NCBI GenBank assembly: GCA_965649765.1
Contig: OZ287748.1
Location: forward strand, 44,020,001 to 44,084,000
Source of the DNA: Bispira polyomma
Taxonomy: Eukaryota
DNA: 64,000 nucleotides
Direction: 5' to 3'
Shown in pieces: positions 1-12,451 of the stretch. Each line of letters begins with the position of its first letter. The first letter of the stretch is position 1. The notes below the pieces were generated by a model. It was not told where the DNA came from and did not search any database. It was given only the letters and a program-made list of their open reading frames with translations. The translations under genes were made by a program, and so were the position numbers.

Positions 1-1280
1 GTAAAAATTAAATTGTGTTATTCTACAGTGTAAAGTCGGTGTCAGTACATTATGAGTGTGAATAAAGTTAAACTTGTTATTCGTGTTAAATATAAATTAT
101 AAAGAATTTCTCTCTGATATTTGATACGGTTTTTCTCACACATAAAGAAAAAAATGTCCTTTAAATTAACTAGACAGTGTCAATCAATATCAATTGTTTA
201 TTTTCACTTTACCAACAAGGCGGTTTGTGATATAAAATAAGTATATCCGAGTTCAATCTCCACCATACAGTGTAAATGGAAATTTTTATTAGTGATTAAT
301 ACTGGCCAATTTCTATCAGGCTGAGCCTTGTATTGTTTTCGTTCTAAAAAATTGCACTGTCATCTTAGAAATGATATGTAAGGCCTTTTGGATTAATTGG
401 AAGCAGTCAATCCGTCCAAACTGAGGAATTTATTTTTATCAGGCGCATTTGACCTTTACAACACTTGGACCCGTCATTCGACCCGATGTTTCAACCTATA
501 TTATATTCAATTACTTAAATGGCTGTATCTATATCAATACTTCACCTATAGTGTCTGTTTTGATATAATCAGAAAGCTCTTATTATTTACTATCTGATGG
601 GTTTATGTTATTTTATTTTACACTGTGCTCCTCACAAATCCTGTTTCTAATGGAGTTGAATAGTGAAAAATAATTGTCTCATAACACAGTTACATAAGCA
701 CTTAGCTGTTCAGTAAAATAGGGAACAAATAAATCAAAAATAAATTACACTTTTGGCCAAAATTTCCACTTGAGGGTGGCCTTCACTCAATAGAAAACAC
801 ACTTTCCCTATTGTAATGATCTGACACTTTGTTTTATACTTCAGTAAACAGAGACGTTTTTCTTTATATGTTTCAACACAAAATGTTTTCTATTCATATT
901 TGTTTCAGCACAAAAGGGTGTACTTGATCACGACTTCTACAGAATTCCCTCAAGCACATAACTTTTGGTTTCTTATTATCTTCCCTGTTGTAAATTTTAT
1001 TTATAGTTTTGAAAAATTTATATCAATGTTTGGAATATTAAAGAAGCTTCATTTGTACCATTGAGGGCATTTCCTTTTGAAAACAAAAAATAAATTAAAA
1101 TAATATAATATATAAAGAACATCTGTATATATTATATATACAGTGTATCTTAATATACACATGTTACTATAATAATTTTTCTTTTTAAATATAGTAAATA
1201 CAAATGTAATAATTCTTCTTTAATAACAATAAATCTAAATTGATGGGTACGTCTCCTCCCCTCTCAGTTAGGCAGGCTTA

Positions 1281-1420
1281 TGGGCACTTCTCCTGGTGGA
1301 GAGCTTACTGATGGGCACTTCTCCTGGTGGAGAGCTTACTGGTGGGTACTTCTCCTGGTGGAGAGCTTACTGGTGGGTACTTCTCCTGGTGGAGAGCTTA
1401 CTAATGGGGACTTCGCCTGG
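1281..1420. repeat. 31-bp minisatellite (about 4.5 copies) inside a dispersed element
   Basis: Unit tgggcacttctcctggtggagagcttactga starts at 1281, 1312, 1343, 1374 and 1405; related single-unit copy on the - strand near 26560-26680. Confidence 0.9.
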
Positions 1421-2056
1421 GGACTTATCAGGGATTCATTGTTCAAAGGTTTTAACAGGTTTTTATTTTGGTTTATTATTGTCAAAACATTCCTTTTTCT
1501 TAAAATTGAAAATTAATTAATTAAAAATTACTCTCAACAGGAGTGTATATCTGGGGCCGTATTCACGAAGATAACATTATAAACATAGAAATCTTAAGTA
1601 CCACGTTTTAAGTGTGCAAGTAGTTTTTATCATGTCCTATCATACAACAAAAATCAGCTTGCTGTCTAATGAGCAATATTATATAGAATTTAACATATAG
1701 GAAGTAAATATATCTCAAAACCTTATTCAGATTTGTATACATTTTGGATGAGGCCAAATGAATAGTATACTACTTCACAAATATTTTATGACAATATTTC
1801 TCAGCTTTAGATTATGCCCCCCCCCCCAAAAAATGAGACTATCGCTCAATACATAGCTTTCCTTAAGCCTCAACGTTTGTGAGAAAGCCATTTAAAAACT
1901 GAAATGTATATATTTGTGTATTTAAATTTGTGCATTTCGAAATAAATATCTATAAGTTTAATTGATCAAAATACACTCATATGAGTAACAGTTTATACTT
2001 ATTTGAGGACATTATAATGAATTATAATAATTATAATAAGTTCCAAATTGACTTTT

Positions 2057-2314
2057 CACGGAAGCCTATACAGGCCATACAAAAAAAGTTCTTGTAATTG
2101 TGCTTCCTCGTAATTTCAACATAAAGTTATCGCTTATTTTAACATAATGCTCTCTCTCTCTCTCTCTCTCTTACGAGATATATGTTGAAATTACAAGAAG
2201 GACTCATCTTGTAATTACAAGATATATCTCATAATTCCAACAAAGTGCTTTCTCGTAACTTCAACATAACACTATCTTGTAAAAAAAATTGCATGACCTG
2301 TATAGGCTTCCATA
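2057..2314. mobile_element. MITE with approximately 24-bp TIRs, internal (CT)n and candidate 6-bp TSD actttt
   Basis: Ends cacggaagcctatacaggccat and atgacctgtataggcttccata; actttt at 2051-2056 and 2315-2320. Confidence 0.75.
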
Positions 2315-5138
2315 ACTTTTCAACAAATATGAGCTCTAATTAAAAGAGAATTGAGCACATGCAAATATTATATAAATAATGAAACAATGCAAACATAAAA
2401 AGTGATAAAAAAGTACAACAAAGTTGATGATGCTTAATATAACATATTAGTCATTCTTAAATACAGTTTAGTTGCTAAATGTGCCCTTCCTTTAAAAACA
2501 TTGTGTATATAGAAATTTCCCATTTTGATTACATTGTTATAATATTTTGGCTAAAATCTCAGTTTTATTAAGACTTATTTACACAGTGACAGTTTTTAGT
2601 ATAAAACAACTAATATATGTGTGGGGAAAAAAGAACATTTAAAGTGATTTTATTCAGCGAAGGACGAAGTTTGCCTTTTTTTCATATTCATTAAACAAGA
2701 AGAAATTTGTGTGTGTCTGTGTTTGTTAATATATACATGTATGTTTATTAAGTACCTTATATGCAGTACTGCAAGTCATACGACAAATTATTGTATTCAA
2801 GGATAGATAGTTTTAAAACATAAGGACACACACATATTTGTGTTTACTAAGCACCTAATAAGGTCTTCTGAAGCTCATGCCTTACTATATGTTAATATAA
2901 GAACATATAATGACATGAAAATATTATTTCAAGACACAGTATATTAATATTTTGGTGGTGCATGTGTTAGTTTTGAGCACAAACATTCTGAGGAATACGT
3001 TAAATATCAAAGAAGGAAGATCGTCACTAAGTTGTGGTACATAATTAACTGTAATATATAGTTCTCAAGTATTCAACACATTACTAATGTAGTTTTACTT
3101 CCTGTTCAAAAACACAATTGATTTAGATTGTCAGACAAACAATGTTATTTGGTATGCTAGCTCTGCTCAAAAAGGTGGATATACGTTGTAATAGATGCAC
3201 TACATGGCACATTTTAAATGGATAATTAATGTAGGAGTAATTATTTTTTGTACTAAACAAGAACAAAATTGTACAGTGGAGGCCAACAGACTACTTAACT
3301 GTGAGTAAATATTGCTGTCTCTGTGTATTTTTTTTTTCCACAAACAAATGTAGTTTTTGGTAAATTGTCGTAGTCTATTGTTGATAGGTATATATCTTAT
3401 TATAGTTATATGTCATTAAATATGTCAGCGAGTTTTGTCGGTGGGTTGATTTGTCGGCGACCTGCATATAATTTATCTATTATTTTATATAATGTATATT
3501 TTTATTATTAATCCACTTTATTTATAGCTTTAGATACCCTAATGTACACTTATTTTGCATTCTTAGTTATATTTACCACTGGACCTGAGTACCAAGATGA
3601 CGCTCTTTTCGGTGATTAGACCGACGCCTGACAAATACTGGCATGGTGCCATAGTGACTGTGTCCATATATCCTTATAAGAACTGTGTGTAAATTTTAGC
3701 ACTAATGGACTATTATTGTTTTCTCATAGTTTTGCTTCAAATTCTCCTGTGGCGTTGGAGAAATTACCTTGAAAAATATTTTCTGGGCCATGTTACTTAA
3801 ACTGTTGCTGTAACACGGGATGAATTTTGTGAGACAATTCCAAGTGATCAAATTTGACAAGTCTATTATTAACTCCAGGTTTGCAACACATTGCTAGGTT
3901 CTAAAAACAATAAATATGTATAAATAAAAAAATATAACTTTTAATGAAGTCACAAAGGTGGCCTTAAAACCTATTTACATGCAATGAAACCTCGTCAGTA
4001 TAATGATTCAGCCCTACAGATATATTGTATTATGTTTAATATAACGAAGAGCTTTAAGTCACGGTAGCGTGGGTTGAAGTTTTACCTTTCTGCCACGGCA
4101 TCGAGAATAATTTAAAGTCAGGACCAACAATATTTTGCTGAAATTTATGTGTGCATTAGTGTGCAAGTTCCTATTTTTGTAAATTTCGTTTCATATTGAT
4201 TTATCGGGTCATCAAATATAACTAACAAATGTGTAGATCGAAGGTAATATATGTAGCGATTACTGCCGAGTCAAAGGTCAGAGATAGTTAAATACCCTTA
4301 TATGGAAGTTGGTGCTCGGGGTGCTCCCAACAATGATCGATTGCCTAATTTGCAACAAATTCTTCCATTGTTGCTCATATACACATGCTTTACTTCCTGG
4401 TCAGTATCATAGACGTTGGGTCTTTGATATATAGTTGCTTGATTTTTTTGGAAGGAAGCTTGACAGAAGTCCCCGAAAATAGCTATATTTATCTCTGTCT
4501 TCAATAAAAAAATATTGTAAAGTATAAATATGTAATAAATATCATGATGTAACATCTGACCAGCTAAACAGTGTTAAAAGGTTGTGTCTGTTTGACCCTA
4601 GTTTGACCTTGAACCCAAGATCATAGTTTAAACGTTACCACTCCAGTCCATTCGCGGACCCATTCGTGTCCTATATGCTATCATTTGCATAAAAACTTTC
4701 AACGTTTGTGGTCTTCAAACAGATTTACGGTCAGCACCTTGCCAATTACTTTCAAGTGCCACATAAAGGTATAGCAAATTGATTGAGGTTCACATTTGTT
4801 ACCAACAGGCAAAATGTGACCATGCACTGTATTGAATTATCTGACACTGGATTTCTGTATGTCTATATTACAATTACAATACATTCCATGACTCTAACAC
4901 TAGTAGTAGAATAGCTATAAAACAAACACCGAGTCCATGGCCAAATGTTTTGTAATGAATCCTTGTAATATCACAATGCACCCATATTTAGTTGGTCACA
5001 TAATGTAAGTCGAAATGATTTACAATATTAGCTTTACAATAATGTCCTCATGTATTTCTTGGACACGTGTGATAATTTTCTTTTATTCTGCCTGTTGCCT
5101 GTATTCTTTTTATATGTCTGTGTTCATATTTTTCAGAA

Positions 5139-5196
5139 ATGGAGAAGTTGATAATACATTTGTGTTATATGTTGATTTTGTCGGAATCACTGAAAG
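5139..5196 (+). CDS. Gene A signal-peptide exon
   Basis: tttcag acceptor just upstream (implies a 5' UTR exon), ATG at 5139, hydrophobic 19 codons, phase-1 donor G|gttagt. Confidence 0.7.
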
Positions 5197-8100
5197 GTTA
5201 GTGAATCAAACAAATGTTTATATCTCATCTGTAAAATAACTGAAACACTCAAACAGCTTAAGTTTTAAGTTTAATTCCATTTCTAATGCTATATTGTGCA
5301 CTAATGCACTTTTTTGTGACTGAAATAGGATAATGTTTTATACCACTTTATACCACTTAACCAAATATCTTTCGAAAGAGTGGTGTGATCAATGCTAGAA
5401 ATATATATCAAGTCATTGTAGATGTTTAAAGGCTAGCTGATCTGACAAAAGTGTATTTCAGACAAGAGATTTCCACCGCATGCTGGATCTGTAGTGAGCT
5501 CATACATGATAGGTATAGGAGGAGAAATACAAAGGCTTGAGCAAGTCTAGATCAATCCCTGAGTTGTAAAGTTTTATGGTGTGAGATGTAGGCTATAGAA
5601 ACAGGTGAAAAGTACATTCCAAAATTACATCAAATCTTCAAAACATAATTGTTATTTGGGGAAAATACAATTGTAGTTTGTTTGACCACCTGACTATTTT
5701 ACTGGCATGGTTCCTGTTTTGACATAGTAAACCTTTGGTAAGTTTTAACCAGAAAGTTTTGGAGACAAAGCAAGTATATGTTTTCCAACATGGATCTAAC
5801 TTATTGCACTACACTCACATTTAGTAGATAATGCATTGAATAAGGTTTTCAGTGACAAAAGTAAATCATTTTTATGTTGTAAAATTAACCATATGTTGAG
5901 ATACCACAGATATGACGAGTATTCTTACTATTTTGATATGAATATCTTCTAAATTCACACTTTGCTTTGTAAAATAAACTTATACGTAACTTGTTTAGTT
6001 ACAATACAATTATATAAATGACTCAAACTAAACATATGTATTTTATGTAATGTTATATTATGTATATACTTTTATAAACTAGTATAATGACAAAAGTGAT
6101 AGTACATATTGTATTCATATTTATGTATTTTATAGCATGTGATAAATCTTACTGTGAGTTTACAACAACATACACTAAGGACGTAGGATGGACAAATAAA
6201 GTCATGGAATGTTCTAACGCATCACATGTAATAGAGATTATCACAGTTTTCAAAAGTTGTGACTCTTCTTCTGATGTAACATCTGACCAGCTAAACAGTG
6301 TTAAAAGGTTGTGTAATACACATATCAGATGTGATATTTCTGATGATGGCACTACCACGGTATTAAATAGTACTTGCCAGGATAATGTCCAGAACATTTC
6401 AATACAGTATGCATGTAAGCAAGGTGAGTAGAATCATTAATTTATCTTTTACTTTATCTTAGATTAAGCATGAGCAGCAATACAATATTTTTCAAATAGA
6501 AATTGTCAGAATTATTTGATTATAACGCCACATATATTGCTGTGACGTTTTTGATACTTAAACTATCGGCAGGTATATTGTGCATTCAAACAACAATTTA
6601 TCTAGATGCTTCTAATTATAATGCCGATACTGCAGTGATATTTATTGATGGCATAAAAATTTTTAAAAGCATCTTGAGTCACCAGTGATTAAAATCAGCA
6701 GCACCCAATTAACATGACCATATTTTTCAAATCAAGAAACAATTTTCTTTTTAATTGCTGTTATTTATTAACTAAACACATGTCAGATTTCAAGTGTCGA
6801 TTACATATCAACGCTGAACGGAACACATTAAATGTTGCAAGTAAAATACTTTGTACATGGAATTTTTGTAGGCAGTGCTATAACATTTCAGTAAGTGAGG
6901 ATTATTAGCTCGGTCATAAAAGTTTCAAACTGTTAAAAATATCGCCGAAGATCTGTAATCTATGGCTGCAGCTTGAGGGGAGTTTCTGAATCTTTTCGGG
7001 ATTCATTTGTAAACATATCTAACCAGAAAAAAAACACTCTGTAACAGCTTGTTGTGGTTTGTTTTGCCTTAGTGACCGCTCATCCTGCTTTGTCTGTAAA
7101 TTATACATTGACTACAGCTTGTGAGACTAATGTGGGTATACGCCACAGTGTGTGAGCCTGTTACATGTCGTTTTTAAAACTGTAGTGTAGGTGTTCTTTA
7201 ACAATTTTCATCTGAATTTTGTCACAATATCTTGGAAAAAGACTGCAGTGTACCCAGCAGTTGGACAAAAATTGACACAGCTTTCATTGAACCAGATGGA
7301 TCTTTAGTTTCTTTGTGTATAAAATGCTAACTATTGGTTACCACACGACAGATTATCTCTAAAAGCCTAAATTATTTTAGAGTTGTGTATTTTAAGTCAC
7401 TACAGTGTTAAAACAATTAAAATTATTAACAGGAAAAGGAAGTTACGAGACTTGAATATGATCATGATATGTGCACCTTAGAATCCACCTAGATGGAGAT
7501 TTAGCACTATAAAAGTTTTAATAGATTAAAGGAGATCAACAATACAATTGAAAGCCTTATAGTTCAGATAGATTGAGCCACCATTGGGTGGCAACGTGAT
7601 CTTGCATGCTTGCCATGTAGGGCATCCAAGGTGTGGTGTAAGTTGGATGGAATTAGACCAAGTATTCTGCCACCAATGATGGCTTTTTGAACTGATGTAT
7701 ATGCGATTGGCGACAGAGCGGCTACCATAAACAAAACGTAGAATCTGGTGGAAATAAATATATACCCTCATTCCTTATACATGATATAGTAGCCAATTTT
7801 CTGTTATTTCATGCCGACATGGTACATATCAATTAGTACAAGATAAAAACCACAACCACAAATATTGGCACAATTCCGTTGGCCATTTTACGTCAGGCTA
7901 AATTTACAACATTTTTGTACTAGTTTTCAGGCTGTTCTTTGTTAAAACAATGGCACTCATATGCGTTTCTCAATTTCATTTTTGCTTGTAAATTATACTT
8001 ATTGACCAAATCGCCATGTATGTTTGTAATATGGTCATAAATATTATATACTCTTACAGCATATTTGCTTCATATGTTCTTATCCATATTCTTTCAGAGC

Positions 8101-11100
8101 CACAAAGGATGTGTTCAGCATTTACTGTTTCTTCTACTGAAGCAATTAACTTATATAATCCTAATTCATATGTCCCTTTCTACAAAGACAGACAGCGACA
8201 ATGTCAATGTCTTGTAATTCCTGGGATGCAAAAAAAGCAAGTTAAAATCAAATTGGTACAACTTGTATTAGACAACACATATGAGACACTAGGATTCAGC
8301 GGCTATTTTGACCAAAATAGAACAAAATGGGAGAAAGAATATAACACAATAACCTCAGCCATTGATGAAGTTGTAGTAGATGAAAATATGCTAAATGTAT
8401 CCATAACCTTCACGACATGGGGATATTCATCAAATGGATCATTTTATCTTACTTTGGAAGGTAAGAACCTGTATATTTTGTGTTTACAAATATGTTTTGT
8501 GTCTGTGACAGTTGTAGTACTTGTGAAAATAATTATTTTAACATGACAAATTTAATTAGCTTTAAGAGAAAATCTATCCTGCTAAATTTTCCTTTGAATG
8601 CACCAGACTGCAAAATTGTAAGTTTCATCAAGTTAAAGTTTTTGTCATATATATACCCTTATAATGGATTTCTGTGGCGCTATGGTATATACGTCAGTTC
8701 TCGGGTAGTGTCAGTGTAATATTTAATTTTAATTACAATAATTAGACAGTATTATGTTTTTATGTTTTATAAGGAGACGGTCCTCGAACACTCACTTGCT
8801 ACAATGGATCAATTAATGAACAAGACAGTGAAATCACCACATTTGGAACTGTAAAAAATCAAGATAACCCTCAAACAAGTGAGTCATCTACACAGACAAG
8901 TGCAACTATGTTTTCCCCTACTGCGGATATTTCAGTATCCAATACAGCGAATACACAAACAAGTAATAAACCATCAATATCTATAATATTACCATCTACT
9001 CAAAAATCAACATATTCAGTTTTGTTAAAAGGTACACCTGACTATTTTAGTGACGCTTCTTCAAAGATCGATTCCACTGTGAACCACCATTATTAATTGA
9101 CCTCAACTGAAATATTCAATTCACCTGAAAAAAATAAGTGCACTAACACACGGACAGGTATGTAATATAAGCTAAAGAGGCACAGATATTTGAGTCCATA
9201 GATGAAGTCCTTGTCATGAGATTAGATGTGTTCTCAGCCTTGTCCTATTCTAACTAATTTAGGGGTTTCCTTTTTGTGCAATCTGAAAACTCACGTTTCC
9301 AAGTACTATACAACCAAGTTTTATGCTAATGCCTGTTTAACTCCAAACAATGTTTATATTTTGTGATTTTGTTTTGGGTCTCAGGTATTATTGCAGGGGT
9401 CACTGTGGCTCTCGTCATTGTTTGTCTGATTATCACTGTGGTGATTGTTTGCATCTTTAAAAGGTAAAGTCTGCATACTCTATACAGTGGTAATTAATTT
9501 CATACATAAGGAAAGTGTTCAGAAGTGCTTTTGAATACTTCCAGCCGGGGGATTGCATGTTTGTCTGTGTCCATTGGTTTGTTTTCTACAAGGATTACAA
9601 AAAATCTAATGAGCTGATTTTCATGAAATTTGGTTGTGTGATGGGCCATTTTAGAGCACATCTGGGGTTGTGGTGGTATGTGGAAGTTTGCTCTACTGAG
9701 TACCCGTCTAGTTGTCAATTTATTGAGTTTTGTCATTTTGAATGCAGCTTGTTGGAATCTATATATTAATAATAAGAAGGTGCTGTCATAGATACTTTTA
9801 CATGCATTTCCCAATATAACTGTAGTTTATGGAACATCAGTCAGATAAGCACATTCCTGTTTTCAGATATTTAAATTGATACTGAAAATCTAAAGGTGAT
9901 AAATCAACTAGGTGGTGGTAAAACATTAATAAATGCAATAAGAAAATTTCATTATTTATCCCTACCAGCATATTAGCATGTACCAATTATTCATGTTTTA
10001 CCATGCTTGAGGGTATTTATTTATCTGAAATGTTGTACAAATGATATCTTTGTAAACCTTATGATAAATTGTGAAGATAATTGAAATGTTCATGTATCGC
10101 AAATATATCTAATGATACATCCGCAATCAAAGGATTTATTCATTTTTAAATGTCTGATTAAACCGTAAAATATTTATAATCATCATTTGTCACTGTCTGG
10201 TATGTAATTAATGAACATCAGTCTTAAGTGTATAACATATGGTATTTCTTTTGGATTTAAAGGAAGAAAAAATGTCATAAAAACAAGAAACCAGAGCCTG
10301 TTGAAATGATAAATGGACACAATGCAGACGTTAATGACTTTCATAATTTTCCAAGTGGACCAACAATAGATAAATATTTATTGCCTGTACAGAATCTTAA
10401 CAACAATTCAGATGCTCCTGTTACATCAGTTTCACCTAAGGCATTTCTAACAAAACATACCAAGGCCATACAAGAATCAGATTGTGGTGAAAGTCATACC
10501 AGTGGGTTAAATAACATTTATGGAAGTTCTCAGTCCGGTATAAATGAAGGCACTGATTACGAACCCAGTGGTTTTGGGGCAAATAGCAATACAGAGAAAG
10601 CAAAAGACTTGTATGACCAAGCATTACCTGTAAGTCACAACCCTGAAGCATACATCAGTACTGGCTCTGGTATGGAAGAATCCACCTTTCATAAAGCAAA
10701 TTGTATTAAGGACAGTGACAACATAGAGACAGTTAAGGATATGTATGATGAAGCATTGCCAGCAAGTCACAACCCGGAGGCATATAAACCATCTGTACCA
10801 CAGGCCAAGCCGAGTGACCCCCCATACTTTCTGTATGATGACTCGCACAAGAGACCACCAGCAAAAGAAAACTCAGGTACTGACAATAGCGGGAGCTCTA
10901 GAGAAGCTGTCCTTCATCCCACAATTTTAGACTATACCCAATCTTACCTGAAAACTGAAGGGTCGTCTATAAATACTTTAAAACCTTTGGGAGTCAAAGG
11001 TCAATTACCAAATCTGGGTGATTCCTCACAGAATCTACAAGCCTATTCTTACGCTGACACTAGAGGGCGATTCATTGAAGGTGTTACTCCACATATGAGA

Positions 11101-11490
11101 GGTGAAGGGTATGATGTTGAGAAACATGTTGCACCAACCACTGATGACGGTAAATATGAACCTTTTCAGATTCCAGCTGGGAACGACCATTTAGACCATA
11201 CTGGATCCAGAGGTATTATGGCTCCTTATTCCTATGCTGACTGTGGTGGTGTTAAACCTAAACCAGGGTCAACGAAAGATGTTAAACCGGTCAAGGATCC
11301 TTCTAATGAGCATTATGAATCAATGGGTGTTATATATAACCCTCAGACTATGACGGCTAAGGAAGATATAAGCACCACGGAACCTGCAGCTGAATATGAA
11401 GGAATAACCTTTGTTAAGAATGATGCCAAAAAGCCTGTTATAGTGAATGGAGTAGAACTTTTTGAGAACGATGTGTACAGTAAAGAATAG
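5139..11490 (+). CDS. Gene A: spliced type I receptor (signal peptide, SUEL-like, CUB-like, S/T stalk, TM, Tyr-rich tail). Exons 5139-5196, 6136-6423, 8098-8460, 8774-9031 (or to 9157 with internal stop), 9385-9463, 10263-11490; 757 aa via the 9031 donor
   Basis: All junctions are AG/GT with compatible phases (1,1,1,1,2). Exon 1 MEKLIIHLCYMLILSESLK; TM GIIAGVTVALVIVCLIITVVIVCIF followed by KRKKK; the last exon continues in frame into the 394-aa ORF at 10306. Confidence 0.8.
6136..6423 (+). CDS. Gene A SUEL/Gal_lectin-like exon (divergent)
   Basis: tatag|CA to G|gtgagt; 8 Cys with SUEL-like spacing (MECSN..VIEI, VKRLCNTHIRC, ISIQYAC); no YGR or DPC motif. Confidence 0.7.
8098..8460 (+). CDS. 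Gene A CUB-like exon
   Basis: ctttcag|AG to G|gtaag; C..LYNPNSY..Y....CQCLV....VKIKLVQL and terminal VSITFTT...NGSFYLTLE resemble a CUB domain. Confidence 0.65.
8774..9157 (+). CDS. Gene A S/T-rich stalk exon with in-frame TAA at 9094-9096 and two phase-1 donors (after 9031 and after 9157)
   Basis: ataag|GA acceptor; GDGPRTLTCYNGS..TSESSTQTSATMFSPT.. S/T-rich; donors AAG|gtacac and CAG|gtatgt. Confidence 0.65.
9385..9463 (+). CDS. Gene A transmembrane exon (79 nt)
   Basis: tctcag|GT to AG|gtaaag; 25-residue hydrophobic run. Confidence 0.85.
10263..11490 (+). CDS. Gene A cytoplasmic exon, low-complexity tail with 21 Tyr
   Basis: Open frame of 1228 nt starting with stop-transfer RKKKC; motifs YDQAL/YDEAL, YSYAD x2, YEPF, YESM, YEGI, terminal ENDVYSKE. 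Confidence 0.85.
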
Positions 11491-12451
11491 AAGGTTTATC
11501 AGGGTTCCATCTTAAAAAATTATTATTTATGCTCCAGCATTTATGGTTTTAACGTTTCGTACATCTATTGTCTATATGCTCTATTGTGTAAGCCTTTCAA
11601 AATCCCAGAAGAAAAAAACACAAATGTATATGTGAAGATAAATGTCACTATATAACTATTAAAGAAGAGAGTTTCAGTAATAACCAGATTCAATTAGTGA
11701 CATACAATAGAATTTATAAATGTTTTGAAGTGTCTGCCATTTCAGTATATGTTATTGTTACTACCAGAGGATAAAATATGGTACACATTTTAATGCTTAC
11801 ATACATTTGTTTAATTCTATACTGGTTAACTTATTCTGTTCTTGTGCTTTAGAAAATGCCTCGCATCAATAATGCAGGTTAAAAATTCAAAATACAATTC
11901 AATACAAAAGTAAAGGATGTTATAGGAGATATGTACCCGCTTTTAGTTGAATTTCTTAAAACTTTGAAAAAGGGAATTTAACTTTGTAATTTATTTGGGT
12001 ACATACACTCAATGGTGGATAGATGATACAAAAATATTGTAATGTTATGTCATTTAGAAGATAATAATACACATTGAGGTTCAGTTCTTTGATTTAGCAA
12101 TTAAAATTATAATACACTACAGTAGGATTGGATGTATTACAATTTAAAGTTTCATTTTCAGCTATTAAAATATGATAAATTTTTAATGCGCCTAATTGAT
12201 GCCAGGCATCTGCTAACATGCAACATTATTGACAAAGTTGTTAAATCATAGTCTAATTCCAAAGCAAATTCGTGATCAGGGGGATGTGGACGAGTCATGT
12301 CACAATAGTGTATCAATTCTAGATTATGATAGAACCAAAAGGGTGTAGGATTAAAAAAACAATAGTTTGCTACAAATCTCTTCTGGGTTTCTTGTCTTTC
12401 ACATTTCGTCAAAAACATTGAGGTGCATGCACTGTATATACAGTAGTCATT

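Noticed and set aside
1281-1420. 31-bp repeats as a CRISPR array, or the overlapping ORFs as genes
   Set aside because: Units are contiguous with no unique spacers, the context is eukaryotic, and the ORFs are artefacts of the repeat.
3240-3306. 5' non-coding exon of gene A ending at gtgagt (3301)
   Set aside because: Plausible, since an acceptor precedes the 5139 ATG, but a lone donor motif is not enough without transcript data.
9385-9463. Activating receptor pairing with an adaptor through a charged TM residue
   Set aside because: The TM segments of A, B and D have no intramembrane Lys, Arg or Asp.
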